Notes: generated by a model from the letters alone, not told the origin. 64,000 bases of DNA from a bacterium (GCA_963674595.2 CAXXFV010000023.1:576001-640000), one strand, 5' to 3'. Shown: positions 10,501 to 20,038, numbered from the stretch's first letter. Program-made: numbers and translations.

Positions 10501-10572
10501 AATAAACATGACTCCGGCAATGTCAAAGAGTGTCTCTGGTGAAATAATAAACGACTTTTCTTTTTTGTTCAT
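7543..10572 (-). CDS. Soluble multi-PAS/GAF sensor histidine kinase (HisKA_2 type)
   Basis: Five PAS/PAC units ending in 'DIT', one GAF ('TPCENV...SYMGIPL'), H-box 'EIHHRVKNNL', 'NELVTNALKHAF', 'DNGIG', 'SLGLRLI'; no TM segment. Confidence 0.92.
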   Translation of the reverse strand: MNKKEKSFIISPETLFDIAGVMFIILDLDGNVSRINPKGCEILEYDQDEIIGKNWFENFLPSSVQKNVKKVFSEIIKGLVKPVEYNENVIITKHGEEKTIIWHNSYLKDKLGNITGTLSSGLDITDRIKAEQAFRESEEKYRLAMDATADGLWDWNIKNGSVYYSPAWLKMIHAESEKPFYDLWATRLHPDDKEKVLASLHKCLKGNLPYWQQEHRIKSGDKTWKWVLERGKIVAKDNKGKPVRMIGTMTDITKRKRIETELSNEKQKLDLIANSLPALISYIDKNMKYKYVNNKYEEWFNIPKKNIINKHMQKVVGESVFQNILPYFKTALNGQITTYELDWEPPNLGKKCTQATLTPHRNDKGKIVGVYALVIDITERKIAEQALIESEKQYRILVDSAIQPIFTINKDGQFLFMNVAAAKFLGGTPTNFAEKTMWDIFPKHIADIQMEMILKAINSGTTISSIDETVISGEKMWFSAQIQPIQNEQNIYDRCLVILTDITEKRNAELALQTILKGTEHATGDMFFRNLILGLSNVLDVRHVFVGQVTGTKQDTVKTIALCENNTILENMEYNLKNTPCENVIGKTICIYENDICTLFPKDKLLSDMGIISYMGIPLFNNTRQPLGIMVALDDKPMLKSEFSKSIFTAFADRASAELERMLTEEALRENEKNFRMLFETMTQGVIYQDSKGKILNVNPAAENILKIPLADMKKNKSPFSMFKTIHQDGSRYLIKEQPAIIALETGLEVKNQVMGLFNETTNKWIWININAIPQYQPNSKKPDNVYTIFEDITQKKQAEIQLQKNLKEKEFMLKEIHHRVKNNLNIITSLLNLQSMAMDKKCEVNEAFKESVNRIHSMALIHERLYESRDFSSIEFFEYIKSLTKELVYIYDANRSISIKYDVDKIFLDINTAIPFGLILNELVTNALKHAFPDKKEGKVEIIFKELGHNKYDLKVIDNGIGLKKDLKISKFKSLGLRLINLLVEQIDGTLKISEKNGTIFNITFPKE

Positions 10573-10709
10573 ATTATCACCTTTAGGCGGGTTTAGACAG
10601 TTTTTGTTTTATGGCTGTAAGAGAGTAGAATTTTATGTTATTATTCTCGCCATGAAATTATCAACTTTGGTCTACACATTATTGCAGACCAAAGCTGATA
10701 TTAGTTTCA

Positions 10710-12503
10710 CTAGTTAGAAAACAAGACACTGAAATTATTAAAATCCAGGATCATTTTTTCTGTGCCGTCAGTAATTTCAAAAATTTTACTTCCCATTGCC
10801 GATTTGACAAAAGGTCCGTCGAATAACGGCCATTTTTCAAAATCTATTTTTTGACCGTTTATCAAACGTTGTTTTTGATATGTGAATTCTAATTTATCAC
10901 CATCGCAATTTGTATAGGAAACCGAAAGGTCATTCAGTTTTATTCCAAGTTTGTTGGCTTTTATTTGGCGTTGAAATGATTCAAAAGAATCGAATTTAGA
11001 TTTCTGAGCAACTTCCATAATCACACCGGTTTTGCGATTGTTTAAAGTCAAACGATAATGGTCTTTTTCTTCGTTCCATTTACCCTTTGTCAAGGTTTTT
11101 ACGGCAAAATAAATACTGTCTGTACTGCAAAAAATCCACCCGGAATCTTTAATTCGTTGTTCAATAATTTTTGAGAAAAAGCCGTTTACATGCCCGTTTT
11201 TTTCCTTTTCAGGAATGTCATATAGTGCTATAATGGTATTTTTGTATTGTAACAGCTCTTCAAAAGGTGAACCTTCAATCCATTTATTCGGGTTTTCATA
11301 GTAGGGGCGCTGACGAACAATATCCTGAACAATTTTATCCGGAGTAGAGTCAAAGTATTTTAAAAGTTGTTCGGCAGAATAGGATGGATTAATAAAAAAA
11401 CATGTGGAACCGTCGTTTTTTGAAACCCATGTCAGGTCCCAGCGATGATTTTCGACAGCGGAAATATCACCATAGGAGGAACACAGGGCATAATCTTTTG
11501 TCACATAATCATATTTCCAAACAGGTGTTTCGCTTGTACAAATGCCTATTCCTTTTCTGGGGGCTTTTGTTTCCCGATGAACGTATGGCTGTTGGCGTGT
11601 TGTTGCAATATTGCCGATTATGGGAACCGGACGAAAACCTTGTACGGCGGCCAGGCCTGAATAAGCGGTTTCCTCAACTTCGGGATGAAACGGCGCCATT
11701 CCAAAAAACAGATAACCAAAAGGGATAGCCACACCACAGTTTAATACAGTGTGGGTCACTTGGTTATATTTTTCACGGCTGTGTGAACCAATCCAGTTTC
11801 CATATAAATATTCCGGGGCCCAATCTGCCAGCAAGAGCTGCATCATCATCCAGGCTTTACGTTTCATTAACGGGTCTTTAGCAAAATCATAAAGGCTCGT
11901 AAAACAGAGATAGTATAAAGAGTGATAGTTGACGGAATCATATTCATACATACCAATCGTTACTGTACGATCGATCCATTGATATATCCAGTTTTCTGCT
12001 TCAGCTTTTGCCTGCAAAGGTGTCATGCCGTCTGCAAAGACAGGTCCGTCCGGCCAGGTTTGACCAAAAAGATAACGAGCTGTCCGGTATTGCAATTTAT
12101 GGTTGTCGGTAAAACCTTTGTCTTTGCCAAAATTTTGAGCCAATCTCAATTTACCTTTTTCTGCAAGTTCGCAGGGTATTTTATTTTCAAGCCTTAACAA
12201 GGCGTCCATTAAAGAATAGGTGTTAAAACATCCCCAATGGGTGCTGTCATCAATGGATTCTTTTAAAAATTCCAGTCCTGTTTCTGCATCAATATCTGAA
12301 TAGAGTTTGGCAACACCGCGATAAATACGGGCCCTGCTGTCGTTTCCGGGCATCCAGCTTTGGCCGGCAATGGCAGACAATACGACTTTTCTTCGCATTT
12401 CATATTGTTCGTAGAAATCTTTGGTGTTTTTATATTGAGCTGAAGAGATGTGTGTTAGTGCTAACAGAAGGAATGTAAAGACTATACAAAAAGTTTTTTT
12501 CAT
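10710..12503 (-). CDS. Secreted hypothetical protein, possibly heparinase II/III-like (helical N-half, beta C-half)
   Basis: Signal peptide; 'TDNHKLQY', 'GMYEYDSVNYH', 'GSHSR'. The fold assignment is inferred from pattern only. Confidence 0.6.
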   Translation of the reverse strand: MKKTFCIVFTFLLLALTHISSAQYKNTKDFYEQYEMRRKVVLSAIAGQSWMPGNDSRARIYRGVAKLYSDIDAETGLEFLKESIDDSTHWGCFNTYSLMDALLRLENKIPCELAEKGKLRLAQNFGKDKGFTDNHKLQYRTARYLFGQTWPDGPVFADGMTPLQAKAEAENWIYQWIDRTVTIGMYEYDSVNYHSLYYLCFTSLYDFAKDPLMKRKAWMMMQLLLADWAPEYLYGNWIGSHSREKYNQVTHTVLNCGVAIPFGYLFFGMAPFHPEVEETAYSGLAAVQGFRPVPIIGNIATTRQQPYVHRETKAPRKGIGICTSETPVWKYDYVTKDYALCSSYGDISAVENHRWDLTWVSKNDGSTCFFINPSYSAEQLLKYFDSTPDKIVQDIVRQRPYYENPNKWIEGSPFEELLQYKNTIIALYDIPEKEKNGHVNGFFSKIIEQRIKDSGWIFCSTDSIYFAVKTLTKGKWNEEKDHYRLTLNNRKTGVIMEVAQKSKFDSFESFQRQIKANKLGIKLNDLSVSYTNCDGDKLEFTYQKQRLINGQKIDFEKWPLFDGPFVKSAMGSKIFEITDGTEKMILDFNNFSVLFSN

Positions 12504-12532
12504 AATTACCTCAATAATTGTCGTTGGTAGAA

Positions 12533-13768
12533 TTATCCTCTGACGGCTTGGAACATGGCAATAATACTTTCGGGTTTAATGTTTGCCATAATGTTGTGGA
12601 CCTGTTGGAAAACAAAACCACCGTTTCGCTGTAAAATTTTCACCTGGTTTTTAACGTGTTTTTTAATTTCATCCGGTGAGGCGCTTGGAAGGACCCTGCC
12701 TGTATCGCAACCGCCGCCCCAAAGTGTTAGACGGTCACCATACTTTTCTTTTAGATGTTGAGATTCCATGCCGGCAGCGCTGATTTGTACGGGATTAACC
12801 ATATCCAACCCTGCATCAATAAGGTCTTCCAAAAGTGGTTCTATGGCGCCACAACTATGCAGTTGTACTTTAACATCTGCCAGTTGTTTTGCCCGCTGCC
12901 ATAATTTTTTATGATAGGGTTTGAAAAATTCCCGATACATGGCCGGCGAGATGAGCGGAGCATTTTGACCGCCAAGATCGTCTCCAAAAAGAATAATATC
13001 TATATATGGACCAACGGCCCCCAACCACTTTTCCAGATTTTTTAAATGAATAGCGTAAAGTTTTTCATTGAATTTATGTATGGCATCCGGATAGAGCCCT
13101 AAATACATCATAAAATTATCAATACGAAACAGGAATTGTGGAATTTCAAACATGTTTCCGCCAAACAGTCCCAATATGGCCCTGTCTGTAGTAGGACGAA
13201 AGTTTTTCACGGTGGTTGTCATTTCAGCGAGCCCCTGATCATCAAGGGGAAGATGCGCTCCCGGATGGGCCACATACGTCCACATACTATGTCCGAGAAT
13301 TTCCTCAAGATCATCAAAATCATCATTCTCAAAGGAACGTTCTGCCAGGGGGAAATGTGTTTGCTCAAAATAGAGACAGCCTTGTTTTTGAATTCCAAGG
13401 ACCATATCATTATCATCCGTTAACAACCAGTCATTGTTTTGTTTGTGCACCCGGATATAGTTTGGAATTTTACAGGGAGTGCCATCAGGCAATACCCATT
13501 CTTTCCAGTCCTTTTCATTTGTTAAAAAAGCCCTGCCCATTTCAATTGTATCGATTCCGAAATAGTCGAGAACAGGCTTTTCAACAATTGCAAGCTGTTG
13601 CACCATATCATAGATATAAATGTCTCCGCTGGATATTCCCAAAGCTTTTTTCAAGTTTGCATAGGCAATTGCCATAATACCGGAAGATCGGTGACCGGAA
13701 AAATCAATCGGCGTTTTATCCGGTTCTTTGTGTGCAATAGCCGCCAGAACACGTTCACGAGAGGTCAT
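12533..13768 (-). CDS. Uroporphyrinogen decarboxylase / MtaA-CmuA methyltransferase family protein
   Basis: 'MTSRERVLAAIAHKEPD', 'GDDLGGQ..LISP', 'LHSCGAI', 'NPVQ', 'LWGGGCD', 'GGFVFQQVHNI'. Confidence 0.88.
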   Translation of the reverse strand: MTSRERVLAAIAHKEPDKTPIDFSGHRSSGIMAIAYANLKKALGISSGDIYIYDMVQQLAIVEKPVLDYFGIDTIEMGRAFLTNEKDWKEWVLPDGTPCKIPNYIRVHKQNNDWLLTDDNDMVLGIQKQGCLYFEQTHFPLAERSFENDDFDDLEEILGHSMWTYVAHPGAHLPLDDQGLAEMTTTVKNFRPTTDRAILGLFGGNMFEIPQFLFRIDNFMMYLGLYPDAIHKFNEKLYAIHLKNLEKWLGAVGPYIDIILFGDDLGGQNAPLISPAMYREFFKPYHKKLWQRAKQLADVKVQLHSCGAIEPLLEDLIDAGLDMVNPVQISAAGMESQHLKEKYGDRLTLWGGGCDTGRVLPSASPDEIKKHVKNQVKILQRNGGFVFQQVHNIMANIKPESIIAMFQAVRG

Positions 13769-13926
13769 TTTGTTCCCATTGGTTTAATAATAGATATTAT
13801 GTTTTTCTATAATAAATAAATGTGATTATAAAGGCAAGAAGATTTTATGATAGATGAAATTCCCCCGAAATGGATTACTTGAACTGTAAGTGCGGTTCAA
13901 ATCAGTTAATAAAAAATTAATGCTTA

Positions 13927-15606
13927 TTATTCACCAAGTGACACACTGACAACATCCTGAAGGCTGTTTAACGCTGAGCTTAGACGCGCCTGTAACTGTT
14001 CAAGTGTTGTGTAAATACGTTCAGCTTCCTGACGTGACTGGCCGGCCAGATTTCTTACTTCTTCGGCAACAATAGAAAATCCTTTTCCTGCATCACCTGC
14101 TCTTGCTGCTTCTATTGATGCGTTTATAGAGAGAACATTTGTTTGAAAAGATATTTTTTCTATTGATTGCACAATCGGTTTAAATTCCGTTATCAGATGA
14201 TTCAGGTCCAGGTCGTTTTCAAGCAAGTGAGTGACTTCTTTATGCATCTTTTCGGAAGTGTCTTGTTTGCGGGTAATGTTTTCATTTAGCTGTTTGCTTT
14301 GAAAGTGATGACAGTTCTCCGGACGGTTTAGTCCATTAATAATGGCTATGGCCATATCCTGACAATTCCCATAGCCGCAGGCAGCGCAATTTTTAAAATC
14401 ATCTTCATTTTCTTTGCGCAACTGTTTATAGACAGTTTCCAGTCTTTCTTCAGAGATGTTTAATTTTAAATTATTGCCGGAGCGGTCTGTATAGGTTCGT
14501 GAATAAAGCTCTGGTTCCCAAAATTTATCGATAAATGTTTTTACATTTTCCTGAATTAGTTGATCAGCATTTCCATTTACATTGTCAAAATTTTTTAAAT
14601 ACCTGTTTTTAGCAGCTTGATTTCTGTTCTCAATCCGTGTTTCCAATTCATCCATTGTTTTGTCATAACCGTTTGTTCCGGTACCACCGTTGCATCCTTT
14701 TTCACAGTTTAAGCAGTCAATGACAAGGGGAGATATGCCGCGTTTTATGTCCTTATGCAGATTGTCTAAGTAGGGGTAAATCGCTGCCGGCCCTTCTATT
14801 TTTCGTGTTTTTTTTGCAAGTTCCGGAATCCATCTTTTTGCGGTCTCTTTTAGTCCTCCGGGGGTGGAAAATAATACGGCCCGTTCTGCCGGAGGATTGT
14901 CAAAATCAATTGCCGGATATTGGGATAAATGTTTATTCTGTGATGAAAAATAATTTTCCAATGATCGGAGAGTGACATTGTAATCACCATAGCCTGTCGA
15001 TTCAAATTCCCGTTTTTTGGCAATACAGGGTGATATAACAACAACTTTATGGTTTTTTAATTGAGGATAATAATGTTTAGCCATTTTTATTGAATGCAGC
15101 ATCGGGCTGTCGGCCGGAGCAAGATAGGGGAGCAATTCGGGTTTATATAATTCGATATAATTCACTATAGCCGGACAGGGCTGAGCAATTACTGTTTTAG
15201 GCCTGTTTTTCTTGACATGTTCCAGATAGCTTTTAATCGTAAGTTCGGCCCCAAAACTGACATCAAAGACGGCTTCAATCCCTAAACTTTTTAACCAGCC
15301 ATTCAGGTTATAATAGTGGTCGGGAAAATGTGCAGCCGTTGCAGGCGCTACAATAGCGAATATTTTTTTATTTTTAACGTCTGAGATAAAACGGCTAAAA
15401 TCATCCAGGGGAAGCCTTGCTCCCCAGGTACATGCTTCAATACATTGACCACAACCAATACACAAGTCAGGATTTATGGTTACATGATCTCCGCTGCCAT
15501 CATTACAAAATTTTGACGGACACACGGAAATGCAGGAATGGCAATTACGGCATTTTTCTATATCAATTGAAATTATCGGCGAAAGAGTATTCTTAATCTG
15601 TCCCAT
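13927..15606 (-). CDS. Putative sensory [FeFe]-hydrogenase fused to an MCP signalling tip (group C2-like)
   Basis: 2x[4Fe-4S] ([23 protein letters not shown]); H-cluster motifs 'AQPCPAIV', 'SPCIAKKRE', '[14 protein letters not shown]'; extra FeS 'CAACGYGNC...C'; MCP '[34 protein letters not shown]'; ATG 15606 with GGAGGT. Confidence 0.88.
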   Translation of the reverse strand: MGQIKNTLSPIISIDIEKCRNCHSCISVCPSKFCNDGSGDHVTINPDLCIGCGQCIEACTWGARLPLDDFSRFISDVKNKKIFAIVAPATAAHFPDHYYNLNGWLKSLGIEAVFDVSFGAELTIKSYLEHVKKNRPKTVIAQPCPAIVNYIELYKPELLPYLAPADSPMLHSIKMAKHYYPQLKNHKVVVISPCIAKKREFESTGYGDYNVTLRSLENYFSSQNKHLSQYPAIDFDNPPAERAVLFSTPGGLKETAKRWIPELAKKTRKIEGPAAIYPYLDNLHKDIKRGISPLVIDCLNCEKGCNGGTGTNGYDKTMDELETRIENRNQAAKNRYLKNFDNVNGNADQLIQENVKTFIDKFWEPELYSRTYTDRSGNNLKLNISEERLETVYKQLRKENEDDFKNCAACGYGNCQDMAIAIINGLNRPENCHHFQSKQLNENITRKQDTSEKMHKEVTHLLENDLDLNHLITEFKPIVQSIEKISFQTNVLSINASIEAARAGDAGKGFSIVAEEVRNLAGQSRQEAERIYTTLEQLQARLSSALNSLQDVVSVSLGE

Positions 15607-15812
15607 CACAACCTCCACACTACCTTATTCTGTTTCATTTTCTGCTGGGTGATTTATGCCACAGTAAGTATAGTCTATTTTGTTATATGTATGGTTATTA
15701 AATACAATTAAAATATATGGTTAGTTTTGTATTGTATTGTAACCGTTCATTTCAGTTTATGGTAGAAGCAATAATTATTCCGGGATTTTGTCAAGGGCGG
15801 GAAATATTTTGA

Positions 15813-15854
15813 ATGGAGCTGCATTATTTTTAAAAAGGGAGGATGCAGCTCCAT
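15813..15854 (-). terminator. Stem-loop downstream of the DUF5684-like gene
   Basis: atggagctgcat-N18-atgcagctccat, perfect 12-bp stem about 11 nt past the stop. Confidence 0.6.
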
Positions 15855-15865
15855 AAAATTACAAA

Positions 15866-16210
15866 TTAACCTTTATACTTGGCGTCTGAAAAAGCCAGAA
15901 TCGGATAGAAAATAATACTCAGAAAAAATAAACCCAAACCGAATCCGGTGCCTTTTCCAAAACGTTTTGCAATGTCAAGGCTTACAAGTAAAAGAATAAC
16001 AATGTTAACAATTGGAATAAAATAAAGGATGAGCCACCAGGCCGGTCTTTTGGCGATGACGAGCATCAGGTAAATGTTGTAGATAGGAATGATACAACCC
16101 CAGCCCGGTTGTTTTGCTTTGGTGAACACTTTCCACAGGGAAACAATCATAATAACAGCAATTATTAAGTAAATAATGCCTGTTGATGCAAAAATTCCCT
16201 CGTTTTCCAT
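15866..16210 (-). CDS. Small membrane protein (DUF5684-like)
   Basis: 'WKVFTKAKQPGWGCIIPIYN...IPIVN...FGKGTGFGLGLFFL..IFYPILAF'; RBS GGAGGT. Confidence 0.85.
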   Translation of the reverse strand: MENEGIFASTGIIYLIIAVIMIVSLWKVFTKAKQPGWGCIIPIYNIYLMLVIAKRPAWWLILYFIPIVNIVILLLVSLDIAKRFGKGTGFGLGLFFLSIIFYPILAFSDAKYKG

Positions 16211-16315
16211 AATGTTACCTCCGGTTAATTAAACAAAAATTTAGGGTAATTATTTTATGTGGATGAACTGGAATTTAGACATATTTGGATGTAAATAAAA
16301 GTTTGCCTTTTACAA

Positions 16316-17005
16316 TCAGGATTTTATGATAATAGAAAGTGTATCTGCTTTTAAATGAATATACTCAAATAAAACCTTTATAAAAAGAACTATTCCCAAC
16401 ATTTCTAACGTTTCTTCAACTGTATAAAATATAATATATAATAAATGTCTGTTATGTTCGGAACAGCCAAATAAAAACGCACAATATTCCAGGCCTAATG
16501 CGCCGGATAAATAGACGACCATTGCTAACAGTAAATTACGTTGGATTTTTTTATCAAGTCTGGTGAAAAATTTAAAATAAATAGCTATTATAAAAATAAT
16601 TACCAGCGCATAGGGAACCGTCCATGCGTAAATAAACCTTACTGGTTGGCCTAGAGAGTTTTTAAGAAATACGCCAATTTGTTCATGAAAAAACATAGAT
16701 TCATCCAGGGCCAAAAAGGTAAATACCAGTGCCAACGCTGCCCAATGTGTTTTTTCGTATAACGTGTTATTTTTATCAAATGAAATAATTACCAACAATA
16801 ATCCGCAAAACAGTAGAGAAAAGGATGAAAAAAAGGTTGGAATGTTGTATTCTTTATCAAAATTGAAAAGAGGAACAATTCCATGGACAGAATCATGGCC
16901 GCAATATAAAATTGAAATACTTGCCATTAGATTTGCTAAAAAGAGCAAGGCAATTATGAACAAAAAGAATTTTATAATATCCGTCGCTTTAATTGAGATC
17001 TGCAT
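16316..17005 (-). CDS. Hypothetical multi-pass membrane protein
   Basis: About 6 TM; 'FNFDKEYNIPTFFS', 'FLALDE...HE', 'GALGLE', 'EETLEMLG' conserved-looking acidic motifs. Confidence 0.75.
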   Translation of the reverse strand: MQISIKATDIIKFFLFIIALLFLANLMASISILYCGHDSVHGIVPLFNFDKEYNIPTFFSSFSLLFCGLLLVIISFDKNNTLYEKTHWAALALVFTFLALDESMFFHEQIGVFLKNSLGQPVRFIYAWTVPYALVIIFIIAIYFKFFTRLDKKIQRNLLLAMVVYLSGALGLEYCAFLFGCSEHNRHLLYIIFYTVEETLEMLGIVLFIKVLFEYIHLKADTLSIIIKS

Positions 17006-17372
17006 AAAGTTCCTGTTTTCTTTTATCAATGTTTAATAATAATTTTGTATAAAAAAAGTAATGATAATAAATAAAGGTGGGTGGTTCTCTTAATATAAAT
17101 ATGTCATATTTTCTTTGGCAAACTGAAATTTTTGTTAAAATAGACTATTAAATATAATATTATTATCTGTAAAATAAAAGAGTTTTTATGGTTTTTGTGT
17201 TGAAAGAAAAATATAAACAGTCTGTTATGGTGTTTTTTAGCATTGCACTCACTTGGTACTAACAATGACCCTGTTTTTGAAAAAAGTCTTTTGTCATTAC
17301 AAAAAAATACGGTAAATTATTAGTCAAGTTTTAGAAAATAATCAATTCTGGAAAAAAGTAATTGAGGGAAAA

Positions 17373-19277
17373 ATGAAACCGGAACATGTTAAAAAAATTC
17401 TTGAAAAAATACAAAATGTGGACATAACCGTTTATGGTGATTTTTGTATTGATGCCTATTGGATATTGGATCCGCGTGGCTCGGAAGTTTCAATAGAAAC
17501 CGGTTTGCAGGCCGATGCTGTTGATCACCATTACTATTCCTTAGGCGGTGCATCAAATGTTGTTGCTAATTTGGCCTCTTTAAAACCTGCAAAAATTCAT
17601 GTCATCGGCGTAATTGGAGATGATATATTTGGCAGGGAACTGATCCGGCAATTTAAAGAGTTGGGTGTGGATACAAGCGGCCTTGTTGTTCAAAAGGAAA
17701 ATTTTGATACCTATGCGTTTAATAAACGCTATTTAAATGACAATGAGCAGCCAAGAATTGATTTCGGTTGTTTTAACAAACGCACCCTGGAGACTGACAA
17801 GCTTTTAACAGCCAAACTAAACGATGCGTTGCAGAGATCAGACGTTGTCATCCTGAATCAGCAAATTCCGGAAAGCCTGAACAATCCGGAGTTTATTGAC
17901 GATGTAAATTCACTTTTGGAAAAGTATGATGATAAAATCGTGTTACTGGATTCACGGCATTATGGTGACCGGTTTAAAAATATCTATCGAAAGACCAATG
18001 AATTTGAAGCGGCATTACTCAATGGTGTTGAACATGATTTTGATGATATTATTCCTTTGGATGAATCCAGGCTGCATGCCCAAAAACTGTATGAACAAAG
18101 CCGTAAACCTGTTATTTTAACGCGTGGTGAAAAGGGAATTGTCGTTTATGACAAAAATGGTTTTCATGCCATTCCCGGAATTCAAATGTTCAGTAAAATC
18201 GATACCGTCGGTGCCGGAGATACAACCGTCAGCGCTTTGGCGCTTTGTTTAGCCGCCGGTTGCACATCAGAAGAGGCCGCCTATGTGGCAAATTTTGCGG
18301 CTGGTGTAACTGTTCAAATACTTTACAGAACCGGAACAGCCACCCCTGAAGAAGTATATCAACTTGCCCAGGATGCCGTGTATCTTTATCAACCCGAACT
18401 CGCACAGGACATTCGTCAGGCAAAATACTATAATGGTTCCGAGATTGAAATCTGTATCGATGATCAGCCGGTTGAGTTTGGCCATATAAAACATGCTATT
18501 TTTGATCATGACGGCACCATCAGCACATTGCGTGAAGGATGGGAAGTTGTTATGGAATCCATGATGATTAAAATGATCCTCGGCGAAGCTTATGATGATG
18601 CGGACGAATCTCTCTTTTTTAAAGTGACGGAACGTGTCCGTGATTATATTGACAAATCTGTTGGAATTCAAACGATTTTGCAAATGGAAGCTCTGGTTGG
18701 ATTGGTTAAAGAATTCGGCATTGTTCCCCAGGAACAGATATTGGATAAATTTGGATATAAAAAAATCTATAACGACGAGTTAATGATTTCCGTGAACCAG
18801 CGTATTAAAAAATTAGAGTGTGGTGAGCTAGATATCGGCGACTATACAATGAAAAATGTTGTGAGCTTTTTAAGGGCATTAAAAGATAAAGGTGTAAAAC
18901 TTTATATGGCCAGCGGCACGGACATTGATGATGTGAAAAACGAAGCCCAGGTTTTGGGTTATGCTGATTTGTTTGACGGCGGAATTTATGGTGCGGTTAG
19001 TGATATTCAAAAGTTTTCGAAAAAAATGTTGATCGAAAAGATCATGACCGAGAATAATCTGCATGGGTCGGAATTGGTTGTATTTGGTGACGGACCGGTA
19101 GAAATTCGTGAATGCCGTAAAAGAGACGGCATTGCGGTTGGTATTGCCAGCGATGAACTGAGGCGTTATGGATTAAACAAGGAAAAAAGAACTCGTTTAA
19201 TCAAAGCCGGTGCACATCTTGTCATATCCGATTATACTCAATGTGAGCAATTAATAAAGGTGTTGTTTCCAGTATAG
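17373..19277 (+). CDS. PfkB/RfaE-domain-I-like sugar kinase fused to a C-terminal HAD phosphatase
   Basis: 'VYGDFCIDAY', 'LGGASNVVANLASL', 'TRGEKG', 'DTVGAGD'; HAD 'FDHDGTIS', 'ASGT', 'FGDGPVE'. Confidence 0.85.
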   Translation: MKPEHVKKILEKIQNVDITVYGDFCIDAYWILDPRGSEVSIETGLQADAVDHHYYSLGGASNVVANLASLKPAKIHVIGVIGDDIFGRELIRQFKELGVDTSGLVVQKENFDTYAFNKRYLNDNEQPRIDFGCFNKRTLETDKLLTAKLNDALQRSDVVILNQQIPESLNNPEFIDDVNSLLEKYDDKIVLLDSRHYGDRFKNIYRKTNEFEAALLNGVEHDFDDIIPLDESRLHAQKLYEQSRKPVILTRGEKGIVVYDKNGFHAIPGIQMFSKIDTVGAGDTTVSALALCLAAGCTSEEAAYVANFAAGVTVQILYRTGTATPEEVYQLAQDAVYLYQPELAQDIRQAKYYNGSEIEICIDDQPVEFGHIKHAIFDHDGTISTLREGWEVVMESMMIKMILGEAYDDADESLFFKVTERVRDYIDKSVGIQTILQMEALVGLVKEFGIVPQEQILDKFGYKKIYNDELMISVNQRIKKLECGELDIGDYTMKNVVSFLRALKDKGVKLYMASGTDIDDVKNEAQVLGYADLFDGGIYGAVSDIQKFSKKMLIEKIMTENNLHGSELVVFGDGPVEIRECRKRDGIAVGIASDELRRYGLNKEKRTRLIKAGAHLVISDYTQCEQLIKVLFPV

Positions 19278-19300
19278 AAAATTTTTATAACAGAATTTTT

Positions 19301-19351
19301 AAAACCTCTGGATTTGGCGCTTTATCATGCTGGTACCGGAGGTTTTTTTTT
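19301..19351 (+). terminator. Putative intrinsic terminator
   Basis: aaaacctctgg...ccggaggtttt stem (one G-U pair, long loop) ending in a long T run after the kinase-HAD gene. Confidence 0.55.
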
Positions 19352-19483
19352 GATATTCTTAAAAACTGAAACATTTTTCATTTTTTGAGTTTGTATTTTA
19401 AAAAACATTCCGCAAAATAGCGGAATAACTTTATATTTTAATAAATGTTTATGTGATATAAATTCTAACAATAAATAAATTTT

Positions 19484-20038
19484 ATGCCGTCTCCTGTTGG
19501 TCATGCTTTAATCGGGGGTTTGATATATCTTTCTCAATACCAGAAAATCGAGCGTGAAAAATATTATATTTTGATATTTACGCTTATTTTTGCTGTACTG
19601 CCGGATATTGATTTTTTATTTGGTTTTTTTATTGGGAACCCAAACGCCTGTCATCACCAGTTTACTCATAGTTTCACATTTGTAATTTTTACGGGATTTG
19701 TCGGGGCCTGGGCCCTGTCTAAAAGAAGTGTTTTGAAATTTCGTTTCTATTCCGTACTTTTTATATTTGCCGGGTGTTCTCACATCCTGGCGGATTTGGT
19801 AGCACTTGATAATAGCTTTCCCTATGGACTGCAAATTTTTTGGCCTTTTACAAAAAATTATTACATCGCACCATTTCACATATTTTCAGATATTACCCGA
19901 AGATCAGATTCCCGACAGTTTTTTTTCAGTTTGTTTAACAAGCATAATTTGGAAGCCGTTGGAATAGAAGTGCTGATTTGTTTGCCGCTATTAGGGCTTT
20001 TATTATTTTATTTAAAGCGAAATAAAAGGTTGTTTTGA
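19484..20038 (+). CDS. Membrane-bound metal-dependent hydrolase (YdjM/DUF457-like)
   Basis: 'MPSPVGH', 'LPDID', 'HHQFTHS', 'SHILAD', 'G..IFWPF'. Confidence 0.85.
   Translation: MPSPVGHALIGGLIYLSQYQKIEREKYYILIFTLIFAVLPDIDFLFGFFIGNPNACHHQFTHSFTFVIFTGFVGAWALSKRSVLKFRFYSVLFIFAGCSHILADLVALDNSFPYGLQIFWPFTKNYYIAPFHIFSDITRRSDSRQFFFSLFNKHNLEAVGIEVLICLPLLGLLLFYLKRNKRLF

Noticed and set aside
12533-13768. hemE gene symbol
   Set aside because: The motifs fit the broad MtaA/CmuA-like branch, not true uroporphyrinogen decarboxylase, and there are no heme genes nearby.
13879-13900. Imperfect dyad ttgaactgt-aagt-gcggttcaa after the hydrogenase gene
   Set aside because: Two mismatches on the coding strand and no U-tract; too weak to call a terminator or operator.
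15643-15662. TGGCA on the minus strand upstream of the hydrogenase as a sigma-54 site
   Set aside because: No GC at the -12 position (GG-N10-CC).
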